The position numbers and the translations under genes were made by a program. A stretch of 64,000 nucleotides of DNA from an uncultured Clostridia bacterium. GTDB taxonomy: Bacteria > Bacillota > Clostridia > TANB77 > CAG-508. This document shows positions 31,570 to 42,744 of this stretch, piece after piece (the first letter of the stretch is position 1; every line of letters begins with the position of its first letter). The DNA is taken from NCBI GenBank assembly GCA_947581805.1, contig CANPVM010000007.1, positions 5,760 to 69,759 of the forward strand. The letters run 5' to 3'. Below the pieces are notes generated by a model that was given only the letters and a program-made list of their open reading frames with translations, was not told where the DNA came from and ran no database searches.

Positions 31570-32427
31570 TTACCCCCTACTTTTTGCAATTTTATGAATA
31601 TCACTAGTTTGTTTTAATGCTTTCCTCATCATTTTATGATAGATTATAATAGACTTGCCTACATAATAGATAGCAAATAGCATAGAAATGAAACTGATAA
31701 TATAAGTAAATTTTGAAACATAATTACTACCTATATAAATTGTCATTAGGGTGCTAATAGAAAGTAATAAAGCTTCTATTCCATAAATTGCGATTTCTCC
31801 ATTATCATGTTTATAAGCTTTTTCAAAAATAATAATAGTCATTACAATCATAATCATACTAAATACTTGTAAATCTCTTAGAAAAACTTCTGGCTTTAGG
31901 TTCAAGAATCCTAAATTAATAAATATAAAATATAAAACAATAAGAATAGCAATTAAGATGTTCTGAAACACTTTTTTATTTATGTTATTTTTCTTTTCTT
32001 CTGAAATAGTCGTTTGCTTTTTGATTTCGTTTTCTATTTTTTCTAATTGAACCTCATTTAATTGTTTTTCTTTTATTAATAATGCTTTGGATTCTTTTTT
32101 TAATTCTTTTATTTGTTTTTCTTCTTGTTTTTCTTCTTTGTCAGATGCTTTTATTATTTTTTTTGATTTATTTGTTTGTTTATTTTCACTTGCTTGTTTA
32201 TTTAATTTTTTTACTGATTGTTTTTCTTTTTGTTGTTCTGTTTTTTGTTTTTCTTGTTGTTCTGTTTTTTGTTCTGCTTTCGTTTTCATTCTTTTTGCTT
32301 TTGTTTTATTTTTTTCTTCTTTTTTATTTTCTGGTTCTTTTTTATTTTCTGGTTCTTTTTTGTTTTCTGGTTCTTTCTTATTTTTTGGTTCCTTTTTACT
32401 ATCTGATTCCTTTTTACTTCTTGGCAA
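31570..32427 (-). CDS. membrane protein with a Lys/Glu-rich tandem-repeat N-terminus
   Basis: The N-terminus KKEPKNKKEPENKKEPENKKEPENKKE is followed by a KTEQQ-type low-complexity stretch. The C-terminal half has 4-5 predicted TM helices. Confidence 0.55.
   Translation of the reverse strand: MPRSKKESDSKKEPKNKKEPENKKEPENKKEPENKKEEKNKTKAKRMKTKAEQKTEQQEKQKTEQQKEKQSVKKLNKQASENKQTNKSKKIIKASDKEEKQEEKQIKELKKESKALLIKEKQLNEVQLEKIENEIKKQTTISEEKKNNINKKVFQNILIAILIVLYFIFINLGFLNLKPEVFLRDLQVFSMIMIVMTIIIFEKAYKHDNGEIAIYGIEALLLSISTLMTIYIGSNYVSKFTYIISFISMLFAIYYVGKSIIIYHKMMRKALKQTSDIHKIAKSRG
32322..32395 (-). repeat. 18-bp in-frame tandem repeat encoding (KKEPEN)n
   Basis: The plus strand shows about four consecutive copies of tttattttctggttcttt and close variants, inside the 31570..32427 CDS. 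Confidence 0.8.
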
Positions 32428-32447
32428 TACAAATTCACCCTTTCTTT

Positions 32448-33191
32448 TTAATTTTCTAATTCATATAGAATATTACTTATCATGGTAATCGGTGCTGTTT
32501 CACACCTTAAAATACGTTTTCCTAAAGTAACAATCGTGGCTCCCTTTTCTTTTAATAATGCAATTTCTTTACTATCTATTCCACCTTCTGGACCAATAAG
32601 AATTCCAATTTGATAGTTTTCTTTTTGTTCCATTGCTTTTAGTACTTGTTTTAGAGAATTTTTAGTTTCCTCTTCATAAGCCACTAAAAAACAATCATAA
32701 TCGTTGATTGTGTTAACTATTTGTTTTAAATTTATTTTATTTTCAATCATTGGAATTTTATCTCTTTTACTTTGCTCTGCTGCTGATAAGGCAATTTTTT
32801 GCCATCTTTCTATTTTCTTTTTTGCTTCTTTTTCTTCTAGTTTAACCACACATCTTGTCATTTCTACTGGAATAATTCTGCAAACTCCTATTTCGGTTGT
32901 TTTTTGAATAATAAGTTCCATTTTATCTGCTTTTGGTAATCCTTGATACAAATCTATTTGTACATTAGATTCTGCTGTATCTTCTACCTTTTGCACAATA
33001 TTAGCAATAACATTTTCTGCACTAATTTCTGTAATTTGTGTAATATAATTTTCACCGGTTTGCTTATTTCCTACTTGAATGTTCTCTCCTATTTTCATAC
33101 GTAGTACACTTGTAATATGTTTTACATCTTCGCCTACAATTGTTATTTTTTCGTTTTCAATTTGTTTTGTTTCTACAAAAAATTTTTGCAT
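32448..33191 (-). CDS. rsmE: 16S rRNA (uracil1498-N3)-methyltransferase
   Basis: PUA-like N-terminus and a SPOUT C-terminus with ILIGPEGG. Confidence 0.88.
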   Translation of the reverse strand: MQKFFVETKQIENEKITIVGEDVKHITSVLRMKIGENIQVGNKQTGENYITQITEISAENVIANIVQKVEDTAESNVQIDLYQGLPKADKMELIIQKTTEIGVCRIIPVEMTRCVVKLEEKEAKKKIERWQKIALSAAEQSKRDKIPMIENKINLKQIVNTINDYDCFLVAYEEETKNSLKQVLKAMEQKENYQIGILIGPEGGIDSKEIALLKEKGATIVTLGKRILRCETAPITMISNILYELEN

Positions 33192-33343
33192 ATTTTATTT
33201 CCTTTGTTTTTGTGAATTCTATTGCTATTATATCATACTTCTAAATTTATGCAAATAAATTATTGCTTTTTTTCCCTTTTTAGCATATAATGCCTTTGTA
33301 ACCATGTAAGATATTCTTTCATTTAATTAAAGGAGGAAATATT

Positions 33344-33775
33344 ATGATTCTTAATGATTCTTATGCAGTGGAGGATTCGATGTGCAAAACAGGTGAAAAA
33401 ATTAATGAAGATATTTTAGAAGATGCTTCCTTTTTTGCTCGGTTTTTAGACTTTGTCAAGAAGTATGACGAAGCATTTGGAAAGGATTCTTTTTCATCTG
33501 CTGAGAAATGGGTTTCTGAAAAAGATTACACTTCTATTAAGTATTTTTTAAAGCCTAATGCAATTGAATCCGTTTTTAGCATCTCCTACCCAGAGTTAGC
33601 TACTATGACTGTATCAACTTTTGCAGATGTACAAATTAGGGCACAAAGGATTGTTCCTGTATTAGAGGAACAGAAGTCTTTATATGAAGAATTGCTGAAG
33701 GCTTATGAAACTCCCTGTTTGGAACTTATTAATAACATTATGCCTCATGCTTTTGATGATGATTTAGGAGAATAA
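33344..33775 (+). CDS. hypothetical protein (orphan)
   Basis: AAAGGAGG RBS, terminator hairpin at about 33781-33822, in-frame CGG at 33440-33442, and no recognised domain. Confidence 0.5.
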   Translation: MILNDSYAVEDSMCKTGEKINEDILEDASFFARFLDFVKKYDEAFGKDSFSSAEKWVSEKDYTSIKYFLKPNAIESVFSISYPELATMTVSTFADVQIRAQRIVPVLEEQKSLYEELLKAYETPCLELINNIMPHAFDDDLGE

Positions 33776-33876
33776 AAGAAAAAGGAAAACTTAAGATATA
33801 TTTTTAAGTTTTCCTTTTTCTTTTATTAAACTTTCTCTATATTTTCTATTTTTTAAGGTCTGTTCCAAATGGCAAT

Positions 33877-35034
33877 TTATCCAAATATTCCTTTTTTCTT
33901 AACTGGTGGTTGTTCGTTCATTGTTTTAGCAAGTTGTAATAATAAATCTCTTTGCTCTTTACTTAAACGTTTTGGAACTTGTACTTGCACAGTAAATATA
34001 TAATCTCCTTGATAACTTCCATTAACAGATTTAAATCCTTTATTTCGAATCGTAAACTTAGTCCCAGATTGTGTGCCTTCTGGAATTCGATATGTTTCTT
34101 TTGAGCCATCTACCATTGGAATTTCAAGGTCTGCCCCTAAAGTTGCTTGGGTAAAGGTAATTGGAATATCACATAATACTTTATCACCTTTTCTGGTAAA
34201 TATACTATGTTTTTTAATTCTAATGACAATATATAAATCTCCTTTTGGTCCACCTTTTGCCCCTGGTTCTCCTTCATTTCGAAGGACAATTGTTTGATTA
34301 TCGTCAATACCTGCTGGAACTTTGACTTTAATTCTTGCTTGCTTGCGAATAGTTCCCTTTCCCTTACATTCTTCACAAACTTCTTTTATTACTTTTCCTG
34401 TTCCATGACAATTACTACAAGTTCTTTGTGTTTGCATTTGTCCTAAAATGGTAGTTTGTACTTGTGTTACTGTTCCAGTTCCATGACATACTTGGCATGT
34501 TTCTGGACTGGTTCCTGGCTTCGCACCACTTCCATGACAGTGCGTACAAGTTTCATTTCTAGTTAATAATATTTCTTTTTCGCAACCCAAGTAGGCATCT
34601 TCAAAAGTAATATCAATACTTGCTTTTAAGTCTGCTCCCTTAGTTGGTCCTTGGTGTGCTCGAGAATTTCTTGAACCAAATCCTCCTCCAAAGAAAGAAG
34701 AAAAGATATCTCCTAAATCTCCAAAATCATCAAATCCAGATGTGGTATAAGAATAATATCCACCTTGACCTCCAAATGGTCCTCCTGCTCCTCCTCCGAA
34801 ACCTTGTGGTCCGTCTGGTCCAAATTGATCATACATTCTTCTTTTTTGGCTATCGGATAGGGTTTCATAAGCTTCATTTATTTCTTTAAATTTGGCTTCT
34901 GCCTCTTTTTTATTATCTGGGTTGGCATCTGGGTGATATTTTTTTGCAAGTTTTCGATAGGCTTTTTTTAATTCTTCATCAGTTGCGTTTTTACTTACTC
35001 CTAATACTTCATAATAATCTCTTTTGCCTGCCAT
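33877..35034 (-). CDS. dnaJ: molecular chaperone DnaJ
   Basis: J-domain with HPD, a G/F-rich region and four CxxCxGxG zinc motifs. Confidence 0.97.
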   Translation of the reverse strand: MAGKRDYYEVLGVSKNATDEELKKAYRKLAKKYHPDANPDNKKEAEAKFKEINEAYETLSDSQKRRMYDQFGPDGPQGFGGGAGGPFGGQGGYYSYTTSGFDDFGDLGDIFSSFFGGGFGSRNSRAHQGPTKGADLKASIDITFEDAYLGCEKEILLTRNETCTHCHGSGAKPGTSPETCQVCHGTGTVTQVQTTILGQMQTQRTCSNCHGTGKVIKEVCEECKGKGTIRKQARIKVKVPAGIDDNQTIVLRNEGEPGAKGGPKGDLYIVIRIKKHSIFTRKGDKVLCDIPITFTQATLGADLEIPMVDGSKETYRIPEGTQSGTKFTIRNKGFKSVNGSYQGDYIFTVQVQVPKRLSKEQRDLLLQLAKTMNEQPPVKKKGIFG

Positions 35035-35064
35035 TTTGCCCTCCTACTTAAAATGTCTTTCCTC

Positions 35065-37005
<1,941 letters not shown>

Positions 37006-37088
37006 TTACCTTTGTGCTTTTTTATATATTTTTTTAAAATTAATAACTTGTTTAAATTTAATAATGAAAGACATAGCTTTTCATAAAT

Positions 37089-37628
37089 TTAATTTGCTAC
37101 TACTACCATAGAATGACGAATTACTTTGCTTCCTATTTTGTATCCTTTTCTATATTCTTCTTTGATTATTTTTTCTCCTAAAGTTTCATCTACTACAGAG
37201 CTTACGGCTTCGTGTAATTCAGGGTCAAAAGTTTGACCAACTGCTTGTATTTCTTCTACTCCGTTACTTGTTAATACATCTTTAAATTGTTTTAGTACTA
37301 ACTCTACCCCTTGTTTATAACTCTCATCTTCTGTTTTTGCTTCTACTGCTTTTTCTAAGTTGTCTATAACTGGTAGTAAAGAAGAAAAGATATCTGAAAT
37401 TAAAGAATTATATAATCCTTCTCTTTCTTTTGCACTTCTTTTCTTGAAGTTATCAAATTCTGCCATTAAACGTTTTAGTCTATCTTCTTGCTCTTCTAAT
37501 TGTTCTTTTTGTAAAAGAATAGTATCTTTTAATTTGATTTCTTCTGCTTTTTCTTTACTTTCTTCCTCTTCTTGTTCTATTTCTGCTTGATTTTTTTCCT
37601 CTTCTTGATTTTGCTCTTTTTCTGCCAT
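37089..37628 (-). CDS. grpE: nucleotide exchange factor GrpE
   Basis: Conserved GrpE C-terminal domain. I prefer the start MAEKEQ at 37628, which has an AGGAG RBS. The track ORF extends to 37652. Confidence 0.92.
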   Translation of the reverse strand: MAEKEQNQEEEKNQAEIEQEEEESKEKAEEIKLKDTILLQKEQLEEQEDRLKRLMAEFDNFKKRSAKEREGLYNSLISDIFSSLLPVIDNLEKAVEAKTEDESYKQGVELVLKQFKDVLTSNGVEEIQAVGQTFDPELHEAVSSVVDETLGEKIIKEEYRKGYKIGSKVIRHSMVVVAN

Positions 37629-37629
37629 T

Positions 37630-38643
37630 TTATTCTCCTTTCTTGCTTTCATTAATTTTTTTGCTAATATATTTCATAACTGAAATAACTTTGGAATAGT
37701 TCATTCTTTTTGGTCCAATAATTCCAATGGTTCCTAAGTCTTTATCGCCTACGGAATGTTTAAATGTAACAACACTAAAGTCTTTTAATTCTTCTTTATC
37801 GTTTTCATCGCCAATATAAACATTGATATCTTTTGCCACTCCAGAATCTAAAATGTCTAACATAAGTTCTTTTTCATCTAGTACATTAACAAAGTTTTTA
37901 GCAAGCTCCAAACTCTTAAATTCTGGTAAATCGAAGGATTTGTTGGCACCTTCTAAATAGATTGTGCCGGCTTCTTCTACAATACGATTGATTTGCTCTA
38001 TAATTGGCTTAATAACATCAACACTATAGGTAATTTCTGCTAAAATGTATTCTTCCATCGGTTTATCAATTTTAGATAATGGTTTTCCTTTTAATTTGGC
38101 ATTAAACAAATTGTTTAAGGTTTCTACTTGATTTTGTGTAATATCTTCATCGTATTTAATAATGGTTTCTTTTACTAATCCACTATCCGTAACAATTACT
38201 ACCATTAACATACGGCTGCCAAGTAATACAAATTTAATTTCCTCAATTATTTGTTTTTCTGGTTTTGGACCAATTGCAACAGTAGTATAATGTGTAATTT
38301 CAGATAAAGTAGTAGTTGCAATTTTAGCTAAGTCTTCTATTTCATTTACTTTTGCATCTAATTTGGTTTGAATATATTTCATTTCTTCTAGTGAAATATC
38401 ATCATCCTTAATTAGTTCATCTACATAGAAACGATAGCCTTTTTCTGATGGAACACGACCAGACGAGGTATGTGTTTTATCTAAGTACCCACTTTTTTCT
38501 AGTTCGGCAAGTTCATTTCTAACTGTTGCACTACTATAATTTAAATTATACTTTTCTACTAAAGCTGATGAACTAACTGGCTCTGCACTGCTAACATATT
38601 CATCAATTACTGCTTGCAATATTTTCTTTTTTCTATCGTCCAA
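37630..38643 (-). CDS. hrcA: heat-inducible transcription repressor HrcA
   Basis: MDDRKKKILQAVIDEYVSSAEPVSS..., a winged-helix N-terminus, first gene of the dnaK operon. Confidence 0.93.
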   Translation of the reverse strand: MDDRKKKILQAVIDEYVSSAEPVSSSALVEKYNLNYSSATVRNELAELEKSGYLDKTHTSSGRVPSEKGYRFYVDELIKDDDISLEEMKYIQTKLDAKVNEIEDLAKIATTTLSEITHYTTVAIGPKPEKQIIEEIKFVLLGSRMLMVVIVTDSGLVKETIIKYDEDITQNQVETLNNLFNAKLKGKPLSKIDKPMEEYILAEITYSVDVIKPIIEQINRIVEEAGTIYLEGANKSFDLPEFKSLELAKNFVNVLDEKELMLDILDSGVAKDINVYIGDENDKEELKDFSVVTFKHSVGDKDLGTIGIIGPKRMNYSKVISVMKYISKKINESKKGE

Positions 38644-38659
38644 TTTATCACCTCTTAAG

Positions 38660-38686
38660 TTAGCACTTTTGTGTTCAGAGTGCTAA
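38660..38686 (-). promoter_or_regulatory. CIRCE operator 1 upstream of hrcA
   Basis: TTAGCACTT-N9-GAGTGCTAA. Confidence 0.88.
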
Positions 38687-38709
38687 CTTGTTATATATTA
38701 TACCCATTT

Positions 38710-38736
38710 TTAGCACTTGTCAATACAGATTGCTAA
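38710..38736 (-). promoter_or_regulatory. CIRCE operator 2 upstream of hrcA
   Basis: TTAGCACTT-N9-GATTGCTAA, 50 bp upstream of the first CIRCE. Confidence 0.8.
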
Positions 38737-38828
38737 TTTTTTTTGTGAATTTTTTGTGATGACCTATCAAAATGTGGTTAAAACTCCAACAAAAGAGAGT
38801 GCTTATATAAAAAGCACTCTCCTTTGTT

Positions 38829-39176
38829 TTATGAGATTACTAAATCTTCTGGTATTTTCCAGTCTTTAATTTGATACTTATTAGAAAACCAACATTTTTT
38901 GATGATAAAGAAATCCCCTTCCACATATTTTATATAATGAGACGTTAAATATCCCATTATATATTTTTTTTGTTCTTCTGTCATGGTCACTCCATCTACT
39001 TTAGTTCTAATTTTGTATCTTTTTGAAGAAAAATATTTTTTATTCATTTGTCTTTGTTGTTGCCTCAATATAGAGGATATTATCGCAGTTTCTACTGCTA
39101 TTACAAAGCTATCAAACTTTTTATCCTCTTCTCTCATTTGCCGAAATTTACTTTCTTCATATACTTTTTCACTCAT
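38829..39176 (-). CDS. hypothetical protein (orphan)
   Basis: 115-aa ORF with its own terminator at about 38790-38825 and an in-frame CGG at 39141-39143. Confidence 0.45.
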   Translation of the reverse strand: MSEKVYEESKFRQMREEDKKFDSFVIAVETAIISSILRQQQRQMNKKYFSSKRYKIRTKVDGVTMTEEQKKYIMGYLTSHYIKYVEGDFFIIKKCWFSNKYQIKDWKIPEDLVIS

Positions 39177-39337
39177 ACTATTTTTCCTTTCTTATAATAA
39201 TAAAAAAAGATATGAATAGTTACTTTTTTATTTTATCATATTTACATAAATTTGTAAATATTTTTCCTATAAATATAATTCAAAGATGCTAAACAGAAAA
39301 AAGGCACCCCAATTAATGAGATGCCTTTTTAGTTTTT

Positions 39338-39625
39338 TTATGCAATGAGCATTAAGAATTCCATTACATTTTCTTCGATGAAAACATCTTTTAACCGAAC
39401 ATACTTTCTTAGAATTTTTTTAAATTCTTTCATGTACTTTTGTGGAGTATCCTGCATTGCTACAGAGAACCGAGTAATTTCATGATTATCATAAATTTGG
39501 TTCTCATTAATATAGTATTCAGTGAGTTTAAATTCTTCAAATGTTCCACCTTGTGTAAATTCTACTACCTTCCCTATTACAGGTTCGGTTAATCCTATTA
39601 CCTTAAATTCGTTGATTTCCATCAT
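39338..39625 (-). CDS. hypothetical protein (orphan)
   Basis: 95-aa ORF with a terminator hairpin at about 39295-39335 and two in-frame CGG codons (39395-39397 and 39470-39472). Confidence 0.45.
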   Translation of the reverse strand: MMEINEFKVIGLTEPVIGKVVEFTQGGTFEEFKLTEYYINENQIYDNHEITRFSVAMQDTPQKYMKEFKKILRKYVRLKDVFIEENVMEFLMLIA

Positions 39626-39699
39626 AATATTGTTCTCCTTTTAAGGTATTTTTATTTTTATGTTATTTATTTTAACATATTTTTATAACTAAGTCAATA

Positions 39700-40893
39700 T
39701 TATACAAATTCTTCCCACACTAAATTTGCCAAATCTAACCCTTGCGCTGTCAATTTAATTTGGTTTAAATCAATTTCTACTAATTCTTGTTGAACTAATT
39801 TTTCTAACTCCTTTCGGAATATGTAAATAGGATTTTGAGTAAATTTAGTTTTAAACTCTTGAATATTTACCCCTTCTATTTTTCTTAAACCAAGTAACAT
39901 ATATTCTTTTTGCTTGTCTTCTTCTGTTTGGATTTCACAAATTGTTCGGTTTTTAATATAATTGCCTTCTTGTATATTTTTGCAGTATTCTTTTATCGAA
40001 TTCGTATTACAATATCTCTTATTATCAAAATAAGAATGGGCTGCTACTCCAAAACCCAAATATTCTTTTTGTAGCCAACAATTCATATTGTGCTTTGACT
40101 CATAGCCTCTTTTTGCAAAATTAGATATTTCATAATGCAAATAGCCATTTTGTTCTAAAGTCTTCTTTGCTTTCCAATACATTGTTCTTTCTATATCTTC
40201 TGCTGGCAAAGTTACTTTCTTTTCTTCTACCATTTTTTGCATTTTTGTATTTTCCTCTACTATAAGAGAATAAAGAGAAATATGTTCTGGATTTAAGGAA
40301 ATTACAGTATTAATGCTTTCTTCTAAATCTTGCAAAGTTTGATTTGGTAGTCCTAACATAAGGTCTATATTAATATTTTTTATACCTACTTCTCTTGCAA
40401 ATTGATAACAGGTTAAAAATTCTTCGTAGGTATGAATTCTACCAATTTGTTTTAATAGTTGATTATTCGTTGATTGCAATCCAATGCTTATACGATTGAT
40501 TCCTATTTTTTTATAAATTTGTAATTTTTCTTTGTTAACTGTTCCTGGATTTATTTCTATTGTTACTTCTAGCTTTTTAGCTATTTTATGATTTTCTTTC
40601 ATAGTATCTATTATTTCTTTTATATATTTAGCATCTAAAAGAGAAGGTGTTCCTCCTCCTATATAAATAGTCGTTATTTCATATTCCTGTTTATTTGCTT
40701 CTTGCTCTATTTCTTTCTTTAATGCTTCTATATATTCTTCAATACACTCTTCTTTATTTGCATAAGAAATAAAATCGCAATAATAGCATTTTTGCTTGCA
40801 AAAAGGAATATGTACATAAATTCCTAACTCTTTTATTTTTAACACTCTCCTTCTATGCTCCATTAGGGACGTTCCCTTTTTATTAATTTTCAC
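39700..40893 (-). CDS. hemW: radical SAM family heme chaperone HemW (coproporphyrinogen III oxidase-like)
   Basis: YVHIPFCKQKCYYCDF radical-SAM motif and an HemN_C-like C-terminus. The true start may be the MEHRRRV ATG at 40863, because the first 10 codons cross a G+C-rich repeat. Confidence 0.88.
   Translation of the reverse strand: MKINKKGTSLMEHRRRVLKIKELGIYVHIPFCKQKCYYCDFISYANKEECIEEYIEALKKEIEQEANKQEYEITTIYIGGGTPSLLDAKYIKEIIDTMKENHKIAKKLEVTIEINPGTVNKEKLQIYKKIGINRISIGLQSTNNQLLKQIGRIHTYEEFLTCYQFAREVGIKNINIDLMLGLPNQTLQDLEESINTVISLNPEHISLYSLIVEENTKMQKMVEEKKVTLPAEDIERTMYWKAKKTLEQNGYLHYEISNFAKRGYESKHNMNCWLQKEYLGFGVAAHSYFDNKRYCNTNSIKEYCKNIQEGNYIKNRTICEIQTEEDKQKEYMLLGLRKIEGVNIQEFKTKFTQNPIYIFRKELEKLVQQELVEIDLNQIKLTAQGLDLANLVWEEFV
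40864..40880 (-). repeat. partial copy of the family 1 G+C-rich element (AAAAAGGGAACGTCCCTA)
   Basis: The minus strand reads AAAAAGGGAACGTCCCTAATGG, resembling the AAAAGGGACGTCCCTCC arm of copies a and b. It lies immediately at the whiA-hemW junction. Confidence 0.55.
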
Positions 40894-41788
40894 CTAATTG
40901 TTCTAATTGCTTTAAGCGATGGTTTACCCCTGATTTTCCAATTGGTTCTTTTAACATTTGACCTAATTCTATTAATGAAGCATCTGGATTTTCTAAACGT
41001 AATAGTGCTATTTCTTTTAGTGGTTCTGGTAATGTTTCAAATTTTCCTTCTTTTTGTAGTTTTTGAATGGCGTTTATTTGTTTTACAGAAGCTTGAATGG
41101 TTTTGCTTAGGTTAGCAGTTTCGCAATTTACTTTTCGATTTATATTATTTTTCATATCTCTTAGTACTCGAATTTCTTCAAATTTTAGAACTGCAGAATT
41201 GGCACCAATAAAGGCTAATAATTTTGAAATTTCTTCTCCTTCTTTTAAATACAAAGAATAGCCATTTTTTCGTTTCATCTCTTTCATATGAATTTCTACT
41301 TTTTCTATAAGTTTTTTTATCGTTTTTGCACTTTGTTCTGTAGATAGAATCATTTCTAAATGATATTTATTTTCTGGGTTATTTACACTTCCACTTCCTA
41401 AAAAAATGCCTCTAATAAGTGCTTTTATTGCCATTTCTTCTTGCTCATTTATGTTTTCTATCTTTTCTAATTTTCCTTTATAGTCAGTAGATAAAAGAAT
41501 ATCTTGTCCTTCATAAGAAATTTCTTCTATGAATTTGACTTTAGGCAAAGTAATTTGATAAGTTTTCCCTTTTAATGCAATTTGAAAGTTTAAGATGTTA
41601 AGATTAGATAGTAATTTACTAAAACGGTTAATATTATATTCATTGACTGTTGAATAACAAATTGTCGTTGAATGGCATGTCGTATTGTTGCTTATTAGGT
41701 ACCCAATTAATTCGTATTTTACTAATTCTTTGTTATTTAAATTTGCTATTTTACTTAAATTTTCTTTTAATTCTGATGAGAATGACAT
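40883..41788 (-). CDS. whiA: DNA-binding protein WhiA
   Basis: MSFSSELKENL... N-terminus, a degenerate LAGLIDADG-like middle region and the C-terminal HTH ...GKSGVNHRLKQLEQL. Confidence 0.88.
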   Translation of the reverse strand: MSFSSELKENLSKIANLNNKELVKYELIGYLISNNTTCHSTTICYSTVNEYNINRFSKLLSNLNILNFQIALKGKTYQITLPKVKFIEEISYEGQDILLSTDYKGKLEKIENINEQEEMAIKALIRGIFLGSGSVNNPENKYHLEMILSTEQSAKTIKKLIEKVEIHMKEMKRKNGYSLYLKEGEEISKLLAFIGANSAVLKFEEIRVLRDMKNNINRKVNCETANLSKTIQASVKQINAIQKLQKEGKFETLPEPLKEIALLRLENPDASLIELGQMLKEPIGKSGVNHRLKQLEQLGEN

Positions 41789-41805
41789 TTTAACTTTTGC
41801 CTCCT

Positions 41806-42645
41806 TTATTTTTTACAGATAATAACTCTATCATTTCCAGAGAAATCTTGCTTTGCTTCTATTATTTCATATTTTCCTGTTTCTTGTGCTAATTGCATTA
41901 CTGCTTCTTTTTGTTCATATCCTATTTCCATACATAAATAGCCTTTTGCTTTTAAATAGTTTGGAGCTTCGTTCAGTAATTTTCGATAAAAGAACAGTCC
42001 ATCTTCTCCTCCATCTAATGCCAAGTGTGGCTCTCTTTGTACTTGTTTGGATAATGTTGTAATAATATTTGTTTGAATATATGGTGGGTTTGATACAATT
42101 ATATCAAAGTCTCCTTCTATTTTTTCAAATAAATTTGACTGAATTAGCGTTACTTTATTTAACACTTCATTTTGTTTACTATTTCTTTTTGCTATTTCTA
42201 TTGCTTTTAAGCTAATATCACTCATGGTAATACTAGCATTTGGTAAGTTATGTGCAAGTGAAATTCCAATGGCTCCGCTTCCTGTGCAAATATCTAGAAT
42301 TGTTCCTTTATTTTCTGTTTTTGCAATGTTTAATACTTTTTCTACTAAAACCTCAGTATCTGGCTGTGGAATTAGCACATTATCATCCACATAAAATGAA
42401 AGCCCATAAAATTCTTGTTTTTTTGTAATATATTGCAAAGGCGTTCCTTCTATTATTTTTTGCAATGCTATTTCATAGTCTTGCTTTTGTTTTTGGCTTA
42501 CTTGCTTTGCATCTTTTTGTAATAATTCAATTTGGTCCATATTTAACACAAATTGCAATAAAACTCTTGCTACAATGCTTGCATCTTCTATGTTATTTTT
42601 AATTAGAGTGTGTCTTCCTTGTATTAGTAATTCTTTTATTTGCAT
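41806..42645 (-). CDS. prmC: peptide chain release factor N5-glutamine methyltransferase
   Basis: SAM motif ILDICTGSGAIG and catalytic motif IVSNPPYI. Confidence 0.92.
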   Translation of the reverse strand: MQIKELLIQGRHTLIKNNIEDASIVARVLLQFVLNMDQIELLQKDAKQVSQKQKQDYEIALQKIIEGTPLQYITKKQEFYGLSFYVDDNVLIPQPDTEVLVEKVLNIAKTENKGTILDICTGSGAIGISLAHNLPNASITMSDISLKAIEIAKRNSKQNEVLNKVTLIQSNLFEKIEGDFDIIVSNPPYIQTNIITTLSKQVQREPHLALDGGEDGLFFYRKLLNEAPNYLKAKGYLCMEIGYEQKEAVMQLAQETGKYEIIEAKQDFSGNDRVIICKK

Positions 42646-42744
42646 TTTTTATCATTCCTTTTATGATGTTCTAAAATAAAGTTAAAATCAAATTATATCC
42701 TTGTAACTTAATGTTTATTTGTTTTATTATATGAAAATTTTACT

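Noticed and set aside
32322-32395. A possible CRISPR-like or minisatellite array.
   Set aside because: The units are 18 bp, directly adjacent with no spacers, and in frame inside a CDS. This is a coding tandem repeat. I saw no CRISPR arrays or cas genes anywhere in the window.
32082-32488. Three overlapping plus-strand ORFs rich in F/L/C opposite the K/E-repeat gene.
   Set aside because: They are reverse-complement artefacts of the poly-purine (AAG/GAA) coding repeat on the minus strand.
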